Source of the DNA: an uncultured delta proteobacterium
GTDB taxonomy: Bacteria; Desulfobacterota; Binatia; UBA9968
Direction of reading: 5' to 3'
NCBI GenBank assembly: GCA_963737905.1
Contig: CAVTUQ010000009.1
Coordinates: forward strand, 128,001-192,000
Length of the DNA: 64,000 nucleotides
This document shows positions 20,117-31,028 of the stretch, one piece after another (positions within the stretch are counted from its first letter, which is position 1; each line of letters starts with the position of its first letter). The position numbers and the translations under genes were made by a program. The notes under the pieces were generated by a model. The model was not told where the DNA came from and made no database searches. It worked only from the letters and a program-made list of their open reading frames with translations.

Positions 20117-20992
20117 ATGTTAAGTCCTATCCCACCGCAACTCATCGCACTGGCCGCGGCGCTCTCTTATGCGACCTCAGGGATCGCGGCCAAGCGCGGC
20201 CTGCGTTATTCGACCCCTATCACCGTTACTTTGGTCTCGGTGACCGTACATGCCGCAACTTTATGGACCGCGCTTTTGCTCACCCGCGGTATTCCGCAGG
20301 TAACCTGGTGGGTGCTCTTTCTTTTCGCCCTGACCGGCACGCTTCAACCTATCATCCGGCTCTTCACTTACGCCGGCATCCATTATGTCGGCGCTTCGCG
20401 CGGAACGACGTTGCGCAGCTCGCATCCTCTTTTCAGCACGACTCTTGCGATTGTCTTCTTAGGTGAGCAGGCGAGCTTGCCGATCATCGCCGGAACGATC
20501 CTCATCGTCGCCGGTATCGGGCTGATCTCATGGCAACCGGAGGCCCAGCGCGCATCTTTTCGTTGGGCGCACCTCGGCTATCCTTTGGGCGCTGCTATGT
20601 TGGCCGGCATCAGTCATCCCTTGCGGCGCTATGCTCTCAAGCTCGCCAACGAGCCACTCTATCTCGCGGCTATGATCGGTATCGTCGCGCTCCCGTGGCT
20701 GGTAAGTTACATATTTTTGCCCACTAGGGGCGAGCAGCCGGTCTGGAACCGGCAATCGATAGGGTGGTTTTTAATGGCCGGTGTCTTTGAAACGGTGGGG
20801 ATCTTGTTGGTGATCGTGGCGTTGAGCGTGGGACAGGTCGTCGTCGTGTCTCCCATCGTGGCTACCAGCCCGTTGTGGATTCTTGTGGGAACCTGGTTTT
20901 TTCTTCGCGGCATCGAGAGTTTAACTTTGCGCGCAGTCCTCGGCGCAGTTTGCGTCGTAGCGGGGACCATTGCGATCTCGGTGGTGCGGTAG
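20117..20992 (+). CDS. DMT/EamA family transporter
   Basis: About 10 hydrophobic segments in two EamA repeats. Confidence 0.88.
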   Translation: MLSPIPPQLIALAAALSYATSGIAAKRGLRYSTPITVTLVSVTVHAATLWTALLLTRGIPQVTWWVLFLFALTGTLQPIIRLFTYAGIHYVGASRGTTLRSSHPLFSTTLAIVFLGEQASLPIIAGTILIVAGIGLISWQPEAQRASFRWAHLGYPLGAAMLAGISHPLRRYALKLANEPLYLAAMIGIVALPWLVSYIFLPTRGEQPVWNRQSIGWFLMAGVFETVGILLVIVALSVGQVVVVSPIVATSPLWILVGTWFFLRGIESLTLRAVLGAVCVVAGTIAISVVR

Positions 20993-21009
20993 CAGGGCGC
21001 GCCCGACAC

Positions 21010-21054
21010 CGTTCAAAACGTTCCAGCCGTTCAAGTCGTTCAAACCGTTCTACT
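21010..21054. repeat. GTTCAA-core 9-bp tandem repeat
   Basis: CGTTCAAAA CGTTCCAGC CGTTCAAGT CGTTCAAAC CGTTCTACT, between convergent genes. Confidence 0.85.
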
Positions 21055-21073
21055 CACTGTCTCTCCTTAGCTC

Positions 21074-22228
21074 TCAACCCCGGCAAATGACCCAATCCCG
21101 CGGGTAGGCGTTCAAGCTCTCGCAGCCTTTTTTGGTCACTACCAAGGTCTCGCCGAATTGCAGGCCCATCTTTTCATCGTGGGTGATGAGATTGGGCTGA
21201 ATGACGATGACCATATTTTCGCGGAAGATCATCTCTTTGGAGTCGTGACGTCTTGTGGTTTTGGTTTGGAAAATGGGCGGGTATTGGTTCACGCCATGGA
21301 CCAAGTCGTCGTAGATGCTGTAGCCGCGCTTGTGGATAATCTCCGCCGCTTCTTCGGCTTCGGTGGTCGTCGATCCGTCTTTAATTACCTGGGCCAGGGT
21401 TTCAAAGCCTTCGACAGCCGCGTCGTGCATCTTGCGCCACTCCGGCGTCGGCCCTTCGCCGATGGAAAAGGTCCGGTGAATTTGGCCGCTGTAGCCTGAA
21501 TAGGCGCCGCTGATCTCGGTGATCAGACAATAGCCCCTTTGTAGCTTGCGGTTGGAATGAAATTGTGATGGCACCGGAAAATCGGGGCTACGCATCGGCA
21601 TGCTGCTCATGAAGTGAATGCCCGCATAGCCGCCCTGTCTGAGATAGACCGGCTCGATGATGGCCGGAATCTCGTCCTCGCGCATGCCTTCTTTGAGCCC
21701 TTGCGCAAGCGCCTGGATCGATTGGTCCGTAAGTTTCGATGCGAAACGAATCCGGTCGATCTCCTCGACATTTCTGACCGTCCTCATCATACGCATCTTA
21801 TTACCCAAATCGGCGAAGGTCGCGTCGGGAAATTGCTCGCGTAACCTGTTGTAGTGTTGATACGGAAGGGCGCCTACCAAACCGATTTTCTTGGAGTCCA
21901 GCGCACGTTCGCGAATCAGATCGACAACACTATTGCCGGTATTGGCCCCCGCCCAGCGTATATCTTTGACGATCGACATCACGCGGGCCATCGGGAAATG
22001 ATTGAAGAGCTGCATGAGCACCACCGGCTCTTTACCGTTCTGAAACAGCACATAAGCCTCGCGGCTGCACGGCCAATCGGTTAGCCAATAGACGTCGGAA
22101 GAATATCTCCCGGTGCCGTACACCAGAAGCGCGTCCACGCCTTCTTGTTCCATCAGCGCTTGAATTGCCCGGTGCCGCCTTGCCATCTCCTGATCGGAGA
22201 ACGTCGGATAGTCGGATCGTTGCCGCAT
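21074..22228 (-). CDS. M24 / creatinase-fold protein
   Basis: Creatinase-like N-domain plus pita-bread domain (GYSGQIHRTF, LVHGV, IQPN, GETLVV). Confidence 0.85.
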   Translation of the reverse strand: MRQRSDYPTFSDQEMARRHRAIQALMEQEGVDALLVYGTGRYSSDVYWLTDWPCSREAYVLFQNGKEPVVLMQLFNHFPMARVMSIVKDIRWAGANTGNSVVDLIRERALDSKKIGLVGALPYQHYNRLREQFPDATFADLGNKMRMMRTVRNVEEIDRIRFASKLTDQSIQALAQGLKEGMREDEIPAIIEPVYLRQGGYAGIHFMSSMPMRSPDFPVPSQFHSNRKLQRGYCLITEISGAYSGYSGQIHRTFSIGEGPTPEWRKMHDAAVEGFETLAQVIKDGSTTTEAEEAAEIIHKRGYSIYDDLVHGVNQYPPIFQTKTTRRHDSKEMIFRENMVIVIQPNLITHDEKMGLQFGETLVVTKKGCESLNAYPRDWVICRG

Positions 22229-22440
22229 TCTTCTTTCCTCCTTCGCACCTAGCAGGCTTTGAAGCGGATAAGGGCTGGTGCTGTAAAAGATTTCTGTATC
22301 ACTGAAATCTTCATCGAATCAACGGCCACGAAGAGCCTTCTCAAAAGTCGCGAATATAGGCCGGAAGTCGTACTGGACATTTCATCGAGCCCGTGCGAAA
22401 TCTGGAACTAGGTTTCTAATCTAAGCCACGGAGAGTAAAC

Positions 22441-23268
22441 ATGAAGGCGTACTATCATATCCGTCAGCTGTTGTTGGTTTTGTTTCTGTCCGTTACTGTT
22501 ACCGGCGCCGTCGCGCAAGCGCAGCCGGCGAAGGACGAATTCCAGCCGCAGGTCGGCCAGGCAGGCAAAGACGTGATCTGGGTGCCGACGCCCCAGGCGT
22601 TGGTGGACAAAATGCTCGACATGGCCAAAGTCACGCCGAAAGATTACGTGATGGATCTCGGTTCCGGTGATGGCCGCACGGTAATTACCGCCGCGAAGCG
22701 CGGCGCCAAAGCGCGCGGGATCGAATATAATCCTGAGATGGTCGAGCTATCGAAACGCAACGCTGCCAAAGAGGGAGTCAGCGACAAAGCCACTTTCGTT
22801 AATGCCGATCTGTTCGAGAGCAATTTCTCGGACGCCACGGTGATTACCCTGTTTCTCCTGCCGGATATCAATATTCGGCTGCGCCCGAAGATTCTCGACA
22901 TGAAGCCCGGCACACGCGTCGTATCGAATTCTTTTACCATGGGAGACTGGAAAGCGGACGAGACCGCTAACGCGGGCAACGGCTGCGGCTCGTGGTGCAC
23001 AGCCTATCTCTGGATCGTGCCGGCCAAGGTGGATGGCACCTGGCAATTGCCGCAGGGAGAACTGGCGCTCAAACAAAATTTCCAAATGGTTTCCGGCACA
23101 CTCAAATCGGGCAATGTCTCCGCGCCCATCACCAACGGAAAGCTGAACGGCGATCAAATCACTTTCACCGCCGGCGGAAACCAGTATACGGGCCACGTGA
23201 ACGGTAACGTTATGGAAGGAAACGTCAGTTCCGGTTCAAGCTGGAAGGCGAGTCGCGACGGAAAATAG
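22441..23268 (+). CDS. Class I SAM-dependent methyltransferase with signal peptide and C-terminal beta domain
   Basis: WVPTP, MDLGSGDGR, GIEYN, TLFLL and KPGTRVVSNSF; N-terminal signal ...VAQA-Q. Confidence 0.88.
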   Translation: MKAYYHIRQLLLVLFLSVTVTGAVAQAQPAKDEFQPQVGQAGKDVIWVPTPQALVDKMLDMAKVTPKDYVMDLGSGDGRTVITAAKRGAKARGIEYNPEMVELSKRNAAKEGVSDKATFVNADLFESNFSDATVITLFLLPDINIRLRPKILDMKPGTRVVSNSFTMGDWKADETANAGNGCGSWCTAYLWIVPAKVDGTWQLPQGELALKQNFQMVSGTLKSGNVSAPITNGKLNGDQITFTAGGNQYTGHVNGNVMEGNVSSGSSWKASRDGK

Positions 23269-23272
23269 ACTT

Positions 23273-23359
23273 TACGGCATATGGCCTATGGCTGATCGCT
23301 TATGGCATCTAGATGGGACCAAGAAAACCATGCGCTATAAGCCATACGCCATAACGCCA
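23273..23359. repeat. TATGGC-core heptamer palindrome
   Basis: (TATGGCN)n left arm and (GCCATA)n right arm between convergent genes. Confidence 0.7.
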
Positions 23360-23373
23360 ACTTAAGCAGGCTG

Positions 23374-24369
23374 CTATAGTTTCAACAGCCGCTTGGCATT
23401 GCCTTCCAGCATTAGTTCTTTCTCGGAGTCGGGGCAATCCAAAGCCTCGATTTTTTCCACGGCTTTCCAGTCGCCCAACGTAAAGGGATAGTCGGTTCCA
23501 ACCATAATATGGTCGGCGCCGGCCAATTTGCGCAGGTAATCGATGGTGTCGACGCGATAGATCATGTCGTCGTAGTAGATATTTTTCAGATAGCCGCTTG
23601 GCGGTTTTTTCGCTTGGGCGGCACGGGCGCCGCTGCGTACCAGCCAACCTTGATCAAATCGGCCCAAATGATACGGGAAGAAGCCGCCCCCGTGCAGCAC
23701 GCAGAGCTTGAGATCGGGAAAGCGGTCGAAAACTCCGCTGTAGGTCATGAAGCCGAGAGAAAGAGCGCTGTCTGCGGGATTGCCACAGATGAGCCTGAGA
23801 CCGTAGGGCGCCATCTTTTCAGACCCGGCCACGTCTTCAGGATGCATGACGATCAACGCGTCCAGTTCCTGCGCCTTTGCCCAGAAGGGATCGAAATCGG
23901 TGCTGTTATAATAGTTGCCGTTGACGTTAGTGCCGATGTAGCCACCGCATAGCTTGAGGTCGCGCACAGCGTGGTCGAGGACCTTGGCCGCACGGACGGC
24001 GTCCTGAAGCGGGACGGAGGCGATCCCGACAAAACGATCAGGATGCCGTGTGACCAACTCTTTGAGACCTTCATTGTAGACCCTGCACCAGCTCTCGCCC
24101 TGTTCCCCCGTGAGCCGGTAACCCAAGGTTGCCGTATGGGCTTCCAAAGCAGCGAGAGCCAGCTTTGACTCCTGCATCATCTTGAGTCGCTCGTCCACGA
24201 CGGAGAGCTCGCGCTGGAGCACAAACTTTGGACTGCCGGCAAACGACAAGGCTTTTTGACCTTCGGTCTCCGTGAATTCAACGCCCAGGGTTTTGCCGTG
24301 CTTCTTGGCTTCTTCCAACAGGCTATTCGGCACATAGTGATGGTGAATATCGATGGCGCAGATCTTCAT
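23374..24369 (-). CDS. Amidohydrolase_2 family (ACMSD-like decarboxylase/hydratase)
   Basis: IDIHHH, IVMHP, LHGGG and VGTDYPF motifs. Confidence 0.9.
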   Translation of the reverse strand: MKICAIDIHHHYVPNSLLEEAKKHGKTLGVEFTETEGQKALSFAGSPKFVLQRELSVVDERLKMMQESKLALAALEAHTATLGYRLTGEQGESWCRVYNEGLKELVTRHPDRFVGIASVPLQDAVRAAKVLDHAVRDLKLCGGYIGTNVNGNYYNSTDFDPFWAKAQELDALIVMHPEDVAGSEKMAPYGLRLICGNPADSALSLGFMTYSGVFDRFPDLKLCVLHGGGFFPYHLGRFDQGWLVRSGARAAQAKKPPSGYLKNIYYDDMIYRVDTIDYLRKLAGADHIMVGTDYPFTLGDWKAVEKIEALDCPDSEKELMLEGNAKRLLKL

Positions 24370-24422
24370 TTTGTACTCAATCCTTTTCGTCAAAGAATAA
24401 TTTATGGAGTTTCGTTACGCTC

Positions 24423-24470
24423 ACCCTCACCCTTCCCTCTCCCTGGCAGGGAGAGGGTGAGAGTGGGGGG
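24423..24470. repeat. REP-like CCCTCTCCC/GGGAGAGGG palindrome
   Basis: ACCCTCACCCTTCCCTCTCCC-TGGCA-GGGAGAGGGTGAGAGTGGGGG. Confidence 0.75.
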
Positions 24471-24520
24471 TCAGGAAAGAACGGAATGAAGCGAACGCAG
24501 AGATTGCTCTGATATCGGTA

Positions 24521-26188
24521 TCAGTTCGCCTTGCAAAGCTGTTGACGACGTACCTTGCCCGGAAAGATGTCGTGACACTGGCCATCTTCAACGACGACCT
24601 TGCCATTGACGGCCACGGCCTTCATTCCCGGCGGATGCCTTTTTACTTCCTGCGCGTCGATGATTTCGGGCAACTTCTCGCTGACCAGATCGTCGATTTT
24701 GTCAGCATCGAAAACTGTGATGTCCGCCGGCATGCCTTCCTTGAGCAGGCCGCGGTTGAGACGTAACTTCTCAGCGGGGAAGCCCGTTAATTTGTGCACC
24801 GCCTCTTCCAGGCCGAAAAGATTTTTCTCTCGGCGCCAGTAACCCAGCACTTTGGTCGGTGCTCCATGCCAGAAGAATCGATCGAGGTGCGCGCCGACGT
24901 CGGTTCCGATGAGGCCGGTGTCGGATTTAATCATCTCGCCGAGCAGCTCCCGGTGCGCGTTCGCCAGGCCATAATAAACGCAGCGAGAACGGAGATCGTC
25001 CTCGAGCCAGGTATCGAAGAACGCATCTACTGCGGGTTTCTCTGTAATGCGCGCGATCTCTTCGGCGTTTTTCTGTTCGAGCTTTTTCAATGCTGGTTTT
25101 TCAATGTGCTCAAACACCACGTGATCCCAACCATGCCATTCGGGAAATTCCGGTTTGCCGGCGGCTGCGATGCGCTCTTGCTCGAGTTTTCTTCTAGTGT
25201 CTTTATTTTGCAGCTGGCCGCGCAGGTCGCTGGAACCCTTGATCGCTTCCCAGGTCGGCAGGCCGTTCAAGAAGAAGCAGTCGCTGATGGTGAAGCGGCG
25301 AATGTGCGTGTAGGGTATAACGACTCCGTAGAGTTCCTGGCCGCGCTTTTGCGCTTCCTGCATGAAGGCGATTGCCTTCGTGGCATTCGCTTTTTCCCCA
25401 GGACGCTGGCGGAACTCATTGCCGATTTGTAGGGTGTGAATTCTTTCTAGCATCGCTGGAACGCCGCTTTCCGGCTGCAGCATCATCTGGAAACCGTTGA
25501 ACTGGAAACAGCCGTTGTAATCGGCGGCCACGTTGGCTAATTCAACGATCTCATCGTGTGTGGCAAACGTGCTGGGGGTACCGGCGTGGATGGCCGGTCC
25601 GCCGCGGGGACTCGTGGAGAATCCGATGGCGCCCAGCTCCATGCCTTCGCGAACCATCTTCTTCATGGCATCCAGTTCCTCAGCGTTCGCTTCTCTGGCA
25701 TAGGCGGCCTCGCCCATGACGGTCAGCCGAACCGGGGAGTGAGGCATCAAAGGGGCGACGTTGACGGCGATCTTACCCTCGATGTAGTTCAGATAGTCGC
25801 CGAAGGTATTCCATTTCCAATCCTTGTCGTCGACGTATTTATCCAGAACGCGTCTTAGATATTGAACCAGGACCTGGCGCGGCTCGGCTTTCGGGGGGAC
25901 CGGCGAGCAAGAGGCACCGCAGTCACCAATGATAATCGTTGTCACGCCGTAGTTCACAACAGGGTTGCCGTTTGGGTAGAGCACGACGAAGGCATCCATG
26001 TGGGTGTGAGAATCGATGAAACCGGGCGCCACCACATGTCCCTTGGCGTCAATCTCTTTTTTCCCGGCGCCCAAGTTTTTGCCGATAGCGGCGATGTTTT
26101 CGCCCTCCACGGCCACGTCGGCTTCGAATCCAGGGCTTCCGGTGCCGTCGATTACCAAGCCGTTTCTGATTACTAAGTCATGAGCCAT
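24521..26188 (-). CDS. N-acyl-D-amino-acid deacylase-like amidohydrolase
   Basis: VIDGTG, APGFIDSHTHMD, GTDVGAH and GMPADITVFD motifs. Confidence 0.9.
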   Translation of the reverse strand: MAHDLVIRNGLVIDGTGSPGFEADVAVEGENIAAIGKNLGAGKKEIDAKGHVVAPGFIDSHTHMDAFVVLYPNGNPVVNYGVTTIIIGDCGASCSPVPPKAEPRQVLVQYLRRVLDKYVDDKDWKWNTFGDYLNYIEGKIAVNVAPLMPHSPVRLTVMGEAAYAREANAEELDAMKKMVREGMELGAIGFSTSPRGGPAIHAGTPSTFATHDEIVELANVAADYNGCFQFNGFQMMLQPESGVPAMLERIHTLQIGNEFRQRPGEKANATKAIAFMQEAQKRGQELYGVVIPYTHIRRFTISDCFFLNGLPTWEAIKGSSDLRGQLQNKDTRRKLEQERIAAAGKPEFPEWHGWDHVVFEHIEKPALKKLEQKNAEEIARITEKPAVDAFFDTWLEDDLRSRCVYYGLANAHRELLGEMIKSDTGLIGTDVGAHLDRFFWHGAPTKVLGYWRREKNLFGLEEAVHKLTGFPAEKLRLNRGLLKEGMPADITVFDADKIDDLVSEKLPEIIDAQEVKRHPPGMKAVAVNGKVVVEDGQCHDIFPGKVRRQQLCKAN

Positions 26189-26261
26189 AAGTGTGTAGCC
26201 TCCTCCTTGAATTTTATTTGCTTATCCCACCTAAGGGTGTTGGCTGTCAACTACTCGGAAG

Positions 26262-26421
26262 CGGTTTCGAGTTTCAGGTTCCGGGTTCAAAGTTTACCGG
26301 AACCCACAGTTGTCATGAGGTTGCCAGAATTGAGCAGTTGATAACGAAGAGGGCAGGGCCGGTTCGTGCCTAAGGAAGTTCCTGCGTTAACACGAAACTC
26401 GAAATTTGGAACCCGAAACGG
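26262..26421. repeat. TTTCGAG/CTCGAAA-type heptamer inverted repeats
   Basis: GTTTCGA GTTTCAG GTTCCGG GTTCAAA ... CACGAAA CTCGAAA TTTGGAA CCCGAAA. Confidence 0.65.
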
Positions 26422-26431
26422 TTCGCGAGCG

Positions 26432-27931
26432 CTACACCGCGTCTTCAGGCCGCTCGTATTTGGCCTTACCCATCCGTTCCTTGATAGTCGGATACGCGAC
26501 GGTGAAGATCGTAATAGCGATCAGAACGATGACGCTTGGAAACAAGAGCCACTTGGCGCCGTAGGCCGCCGTTGAGATCCAAAGATAGTTCTCGGCGATC
26601 TTGCCAAGGGTGAGCCCAAGCACGACCGGTGGCCGCGGCCACCCCCACTTAACCATGAAGTAGCCGATGACGCCGAAGATCAAGGTCACCATGAGGTCGG
26701 CAAGATCGTTGTTGGCGGTAAAAGACCCGATAAACACCAGGAACATAAGAAAAGGGATCAGCAGCGAACCACGAATAAACGTAAGCGCGGCCAGATGATT
26801 CAAAATCAAAAAGCAGAGCGCGCAAACGATGACGTTGGAAAGGATCAAAACCCATACCATCGAGAAGGTCACATCGAGGCGCGATTTAAGCATCTCTGGC
26901 CCCGGGTTAAGCCCGACGATCAGCATGGCTCCCAGTAGTAATGCCATGCTGCCGCTGCCGGGGATACCGAAAGCGATAGTGGGGATAAGGTCTCCTCCAC
27001 GCGTGGAATTGTTAGCCGCGCCCGGACCGAGAACACCTTCCACTGCACCCTTACCGGCGCGCGACTTATCCTTGAGGCCTTGAACGGCATGAGCGTAGGA
27101 GATCCATTGCGCGACATTGGCGCCCAAAACCGGAAGCACGCCAAAATAAACGCCGATCAAGCTGCAGCGCGTGACCAGCCAGAAATGTCGAAATGTGTCT
27201 TTGACGCCTTCCATGACGCCCGTGAGTTTTTCTTGTTTGTCGCTGGCTATGCTGGTGCCGCGAACCGCCAGATCGACGATTTCAGGGATCGCGAACATGC
27301 CCACGACCACGGGAATCAAGTCCAAGCGGTCCCACAAATAAAGAGATCCGAAGGTGTAGCGCAGGGAGCCGGTCTGGGGATCGACACCAATGGATGCCAG
27401 CATCAGACCGATGCCGCCTGCTATCAATCCCTTAATGAGCGAAGGGCCTGCCAAAGTGCCGATAAATGTGATGCCCATGATCGCAATGATGAACAGTTCA
27501 GGAGAACCGAAGAGTAAGACCAGCGGGCGCATGATCGGAATGGATATGGCGAGAGAAAGGGCACCGATCACCGAGCCCATCAGGGAGGCCATGATCGCCG
27601 CACCCAAGGCGCGACCGGCTTCGCCTTTTTTGGACATTGGATAGCCGTCGAGGATAAGCGCTGCGGACGACCCTTCTCCGGGGATGCCGAACAGGATCGA
27701 AGTCAGGTCCCCCGTAGTTCCGGTGACAGCGAGCATGCCTAACAGGAATGCAAACGCTGAAATGGGTTCTTTGATGGAATAGGAGAACGGCAGCATTAAC
27801 GCCAGGGTCGACAAGCCACCGATGCCAGGAAGGAGGCCCACCCAAAATCCGATGGCTATGCCAAGCAGCATGTAACCGAACGCGGGCCACGCTACGGTTT
27901 GCCAAAATCCGCTGACAAAAGCTTCAAACAT
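26432..27931 (-). CDS. tctA: Tripartite tricarboxylate transporter large permease TctA
   Basis: GLLPGIG, ILFGIPG...LDGYPMSKKG, ANNS..G.LIPT.AFGIPG; many TM segments. Confidence 0.92.
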   Translation of the reverse strand: MFEAFVSGFWQTVAWPAFGYMLLGIAIGFWVGLLPGIGGLSTLALMLPFSYSIKEPISAFAFLLGMLAVTGTTGDLTSILFGIPGEGSSAALILDGYPMSKKGEAGRALGAAIMASLMGSVIGALSLAISIPIMRPLVLLFGSPELFIIAIMGITFIGTLAGPSLIKGLIAGGIGLMLASIGVDPQTGSLRYTFGSLYLWDRLDLIPVVVGMFAIPEIVDLAVRGTSIASDKQEKLTGVMEGVKDTFRHFWLVTRCSLIGVYFGVLPVLGANVAQWISYAHAVQGLKDKSRAGKGAVEGVLGPGAANNSTRGGDLIPTIAFGIPGSGSMALLLGAMLIVGLNPGPEMLKSRLDVTFSMVWVLILSNVIVCALCFLILNHLAALTFIRGSLLIPFLMFLVFIGSFTANNDLADLMVTLIFGVIGYFMVKWGWPRPPVVLGLTLGKIAENYLWISTAAYGAKWLLFPSVIVLIAITIFTVAYPTIKERMGKAKYERPEDAV

Positions 27932-28030
27932 ATCGGCCTCCTATGGCTTTTGGAAGCTACGGAGCAAGGTCTTTATACCAATTTTGGAAAACAATCAACG
28001 TTTTTTCTTCAGAAAACCGAGTACGCTCGA

Positions 28031-29124
28031 TCAAGTTCTATTTCCCCATCACCCATTTCATCCGTTCGATGACTTCGGGAGGTTGAGCAATAACCTCTTT
28101 CGCTAGTGATTCAAGCGCTTCTCCGGTCAGCGGATCCACGTCCCACCCGCGTTTTTCGGCCTCGGCCAGCAATTCGGGATCTTTCATTGCTTTGGCGTAA
28201 GCTTCACGCAGAATTTTCGTTCGGTCTGCGGGAATTGCCGGGGGGAGCGGAGATCGGGCGGCCCAGGGTGGCGGCGGTCAAAACGACTTTCGCCAACCGC
28301 TTACCCGAGTCCGATGTCTTGTACTGTTGCATGAGCTCCCTAAGCGTCGGTACATCTTTCAACCGCGGGTCGCGTTTAGTTCCCGTCTGGACGACCACGC
28401 GCGTAAACCCTGATTGGTGCCATCGTTTGTAGGGCTCTCGGCCGAAATAGGTCGCGATGAGTGGAGACCAGCAAACCACTTCGTTTCTTTCCACCGCGAG
28501 ATCGATCTCCGAGCCACCCTGATAGCCGCTGACGATAGTGGTCTTAATGCCCAGCGTTTCTTCGAGCAGCCGCGGAATGTAGTGACCGGTGGTTCCTGTC
28601 CCTGTGCTCCCGCAGCGGGGTGGCTCTTTGGTGTTTCGGAGATCGTCGATCGTCTTGAATGGCGCGTCGGACCGGATGTAATGCAGTATGTCATTCTGTT
28701 CCGGTGACCCGATCCAGGTAAACTTCGCCCAGTCAAATTTCACTTCAGGGCGGCTCACAAGCTGGTCGAAATAAAGCGCGGGGTTGAAAGCGCCCAAGGT
28801 TAACCCGTCTGGCTTGGCAATGCTATAGACATAGTTTGCGGCCACGGTCCCGCCGGCTCCCGGCATATTTTGAGGGACAACCTCGGGATTGCCAGGAATA
28901 TACTTACCGATAAAACGTGCCGCATGACGCGCCCAAAGATCGTAGCCGCCTCCGGCAGTGGATCCGATTACGAGCCTGATGGTTTTTCCCTGATAGTAGG
29001 GAGTCTGAGCAAAAAGACTGGCGCTCCACCCCACCAGCAGAGCAAAAAAGAGGAACGAAGCACCTTGCTTCAGTCCGCGGGTGAACCGCTTAGGTCCTAA
29101 TGGGCTCCGATGAGTAGTTCTCAT
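28031..29124 (-). CDS. TctC/Bug-type binding protein, frameshift in G-run near 28240
   Basis: GGGYD, QNMPGAGG, KPDGLT; the C-terminus (AIPADRTKILREAY...MKWVMGNRT*) continues in another frame. Confidence 0.85.
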
Positions 29125-29188
29125 CTCAAATTCCTTACCATTCAGCTAGATATTAGTCGAATCAAACTCCGCCAAAAAAAGGATTCAG

Positions 29189-30220
29189 CTACATGCCGAC
29201 AAGTTTTTTTACCTTCTCCACGACGTCAGGCGGGGCCGTCATGACTTCTTTAGCCAGAGATTCCAGCTCCTCGCCGGTGGCCGGATCGATGTCCAGCCTC
29301 CGCCTCTCCGCTTCAGCCAAAAGCGCGGGGTCGTTGATGGTTTTGTTGAACGCGTCGCGAATGATCTTAACTCGGTCGGCAGGAACGCCCGGCGGTAAAA
29401 CGATGGGCCGGCCGAACTCGTCGGCCGCTACGACCACCTTTGCCAGACGGCGGACGCTTTCTGCCGTCTTGTACTTGTCCATCAATTCACTAAACAAAGG
29501 AACGTCCTTCAGCCTTGGATCCCGTTTGTTTCCCGTCTGATACAGGACACGAACGAAGTTTTTTTTGCGCCAGGTGATAAACGGTTCCCGGCTAAAGAAC
29601 GCGTTGATGGTAAAAGCACGGCACATAACTTCGCCGCGCTCCACAGCGAGATCGATGTCCGAGCCGGCGACATAACCCGAAACCACGTCGAACTTGGTCC
29701 CGATAGCGTCTTCCAGCAGTTTTGGCATATAGAACGCGGTTGAAGTGACTCCCGTGGCGCCACATTTGGGCGGAGTCGTTGCGGTGCGGACATCTTCAAT
29801 CGTTTTGTAGGGCGTATCGGCGCGCATGTACATGAGGCTGTTCGAGCTCACCGTACTGCCAATCCAATTGAATTTCGTCCAGTCGAACTTAACCTCGGGC
29901 CGTTTGGCAAGTTGTTCGAAGTAAAGCGCGGGATAAATCGCGCCCAAGGTCAGCCCGTCCGGTTTGGCGAGATTGTAAACCTGATTTGTGCCGATCAACC
30001 CCGCCGCTCCCGGAACGTTCTGAATAATGATGTTGGGGTTTCCCGGAATGTGCTTCGACATGAATTCCGCGACGAGGCGTGGATAGAGGTCATACACGTC
30101 GCCCGCCTTGGCAGCCGCAATTATCGTAACTGTCTTGCCTTGATAAAACGGCGTCTGCGCCGAGACACTTGAGACCCACATAACGAACAACAGCAGAAAC
30201 AAGATTAATCCTCTATTCAT
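29189..30220 (-). CDS. TctC/Bug-type binding protein
   Basis: Signal peptide; QNVPGAAG, KPDGLT, VSGY, AVERGE; intact reading frame. Confidence 0.9.
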   Translation of the reverse strand: MNRGLILFLLLFVMWVSSVSAQTPFYQGKTVTIIAAAKAGDVYDLYPRLVAEFMSKHIPGNPNIIIQNVPGAAGLIGTNQVYNLAKPDGLTLGAIYPALYFEQLAKRPEVKFDWTKFNWIGSTVSSNSLMYMRADTPYKTIEDVRTATTPPKCGATGVTSTAFYMPKLLEDAIGTKFDVVSGYVAGSDIDLAVERGEVMCRAFTINAFFSREPFITWRKKNFVRVLYQTGNKRDPRLKDVPLFSELMDKYKTAESVRRLAKVVVAADEFGRPIVLPPGVPADRVKIIRDAFNKTINDPALLAEAERRRLDIDPATGEELESLAKEVMTAPPDVVEKVKKLVGM

Positions 30221-30264
30221 GAGATTCCCCCTTTGAAGATTCATTCCTTGCCGAATTTAGTTTT

Positions 30265-31000
30265 CTATGTCCCCAACAATTTTTTCATTCGCTCAACGAC
30301 TTCCGGCGGTTGTGCGACGATCTCTTTACCGAGAGTCTCCAGTTCTTCGCCGGAGACGGGATCCAAGTCTAGTTTTTTCCTCTTAGCGTCTTCCAAGAGC
30401 TCCGGATCGTTCACTGCTTTTATGAACGCCTCACGGAGAATTTTCACGCGTTCCGCGGGAATGCCCGGAGTCGCGACGATGGGGCGGCCGAGATCGCCCG
30501 ACGCCAAGATCACTTTCGCTAGGCTTCGTCCGGCCTCGCTGGTTTTGTAACGATCCATCAACTCATAAATCGTCGGCGCATCCTTGAGCCGCGGGTCGCG
30601 GAGTGTTACCCGTTTGGATCAGCACATTGGTGAAGTTCCGTTTGCGCCACGAGATAAACGGCTCGCGGGCGTAGTAGGCGGTAATCGTGAAGGCCCGGCA
30701 CTGGAGTTCGCCGCGTTCGACCGCCAGATCGATATCCTGTCCCGACACGTAGCCTGACACAATGTCAAACTTGGAGCTCAGTACTTCCTCCAAAAGCTTG
30801 GGTATGTAGTACCCTGCAGAGGCAATGCCGGTGGAGCCGCACTTCGGGGCGGTGGACGCCTTGCGGATGTCATCGATCGACTTGTAAGGCGTGTCGGCGC
30901 GCATGTAGAGGAGCTGGTTCGATTTTACCGGACTGCCAAGCCAGTTCCATTTAGCCCAGTCGTATTTCACCTCCGGTCTCTTGATCAGCTGATCGAAACA
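30265..31000 (-). pseudogene. TctC/Bug paralog lacking its N-terminal ~100 aa, with a frameshift near 30600
   Basis: Homology starts at FDQLIKRPEVKYDW; two ORF pieces (30563-31066 and 30265-30561). Confidence 0.75.
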
Positions 31001-31028
31001 CCTTCCCGCCAAAATTTTGAGCGAGCAT

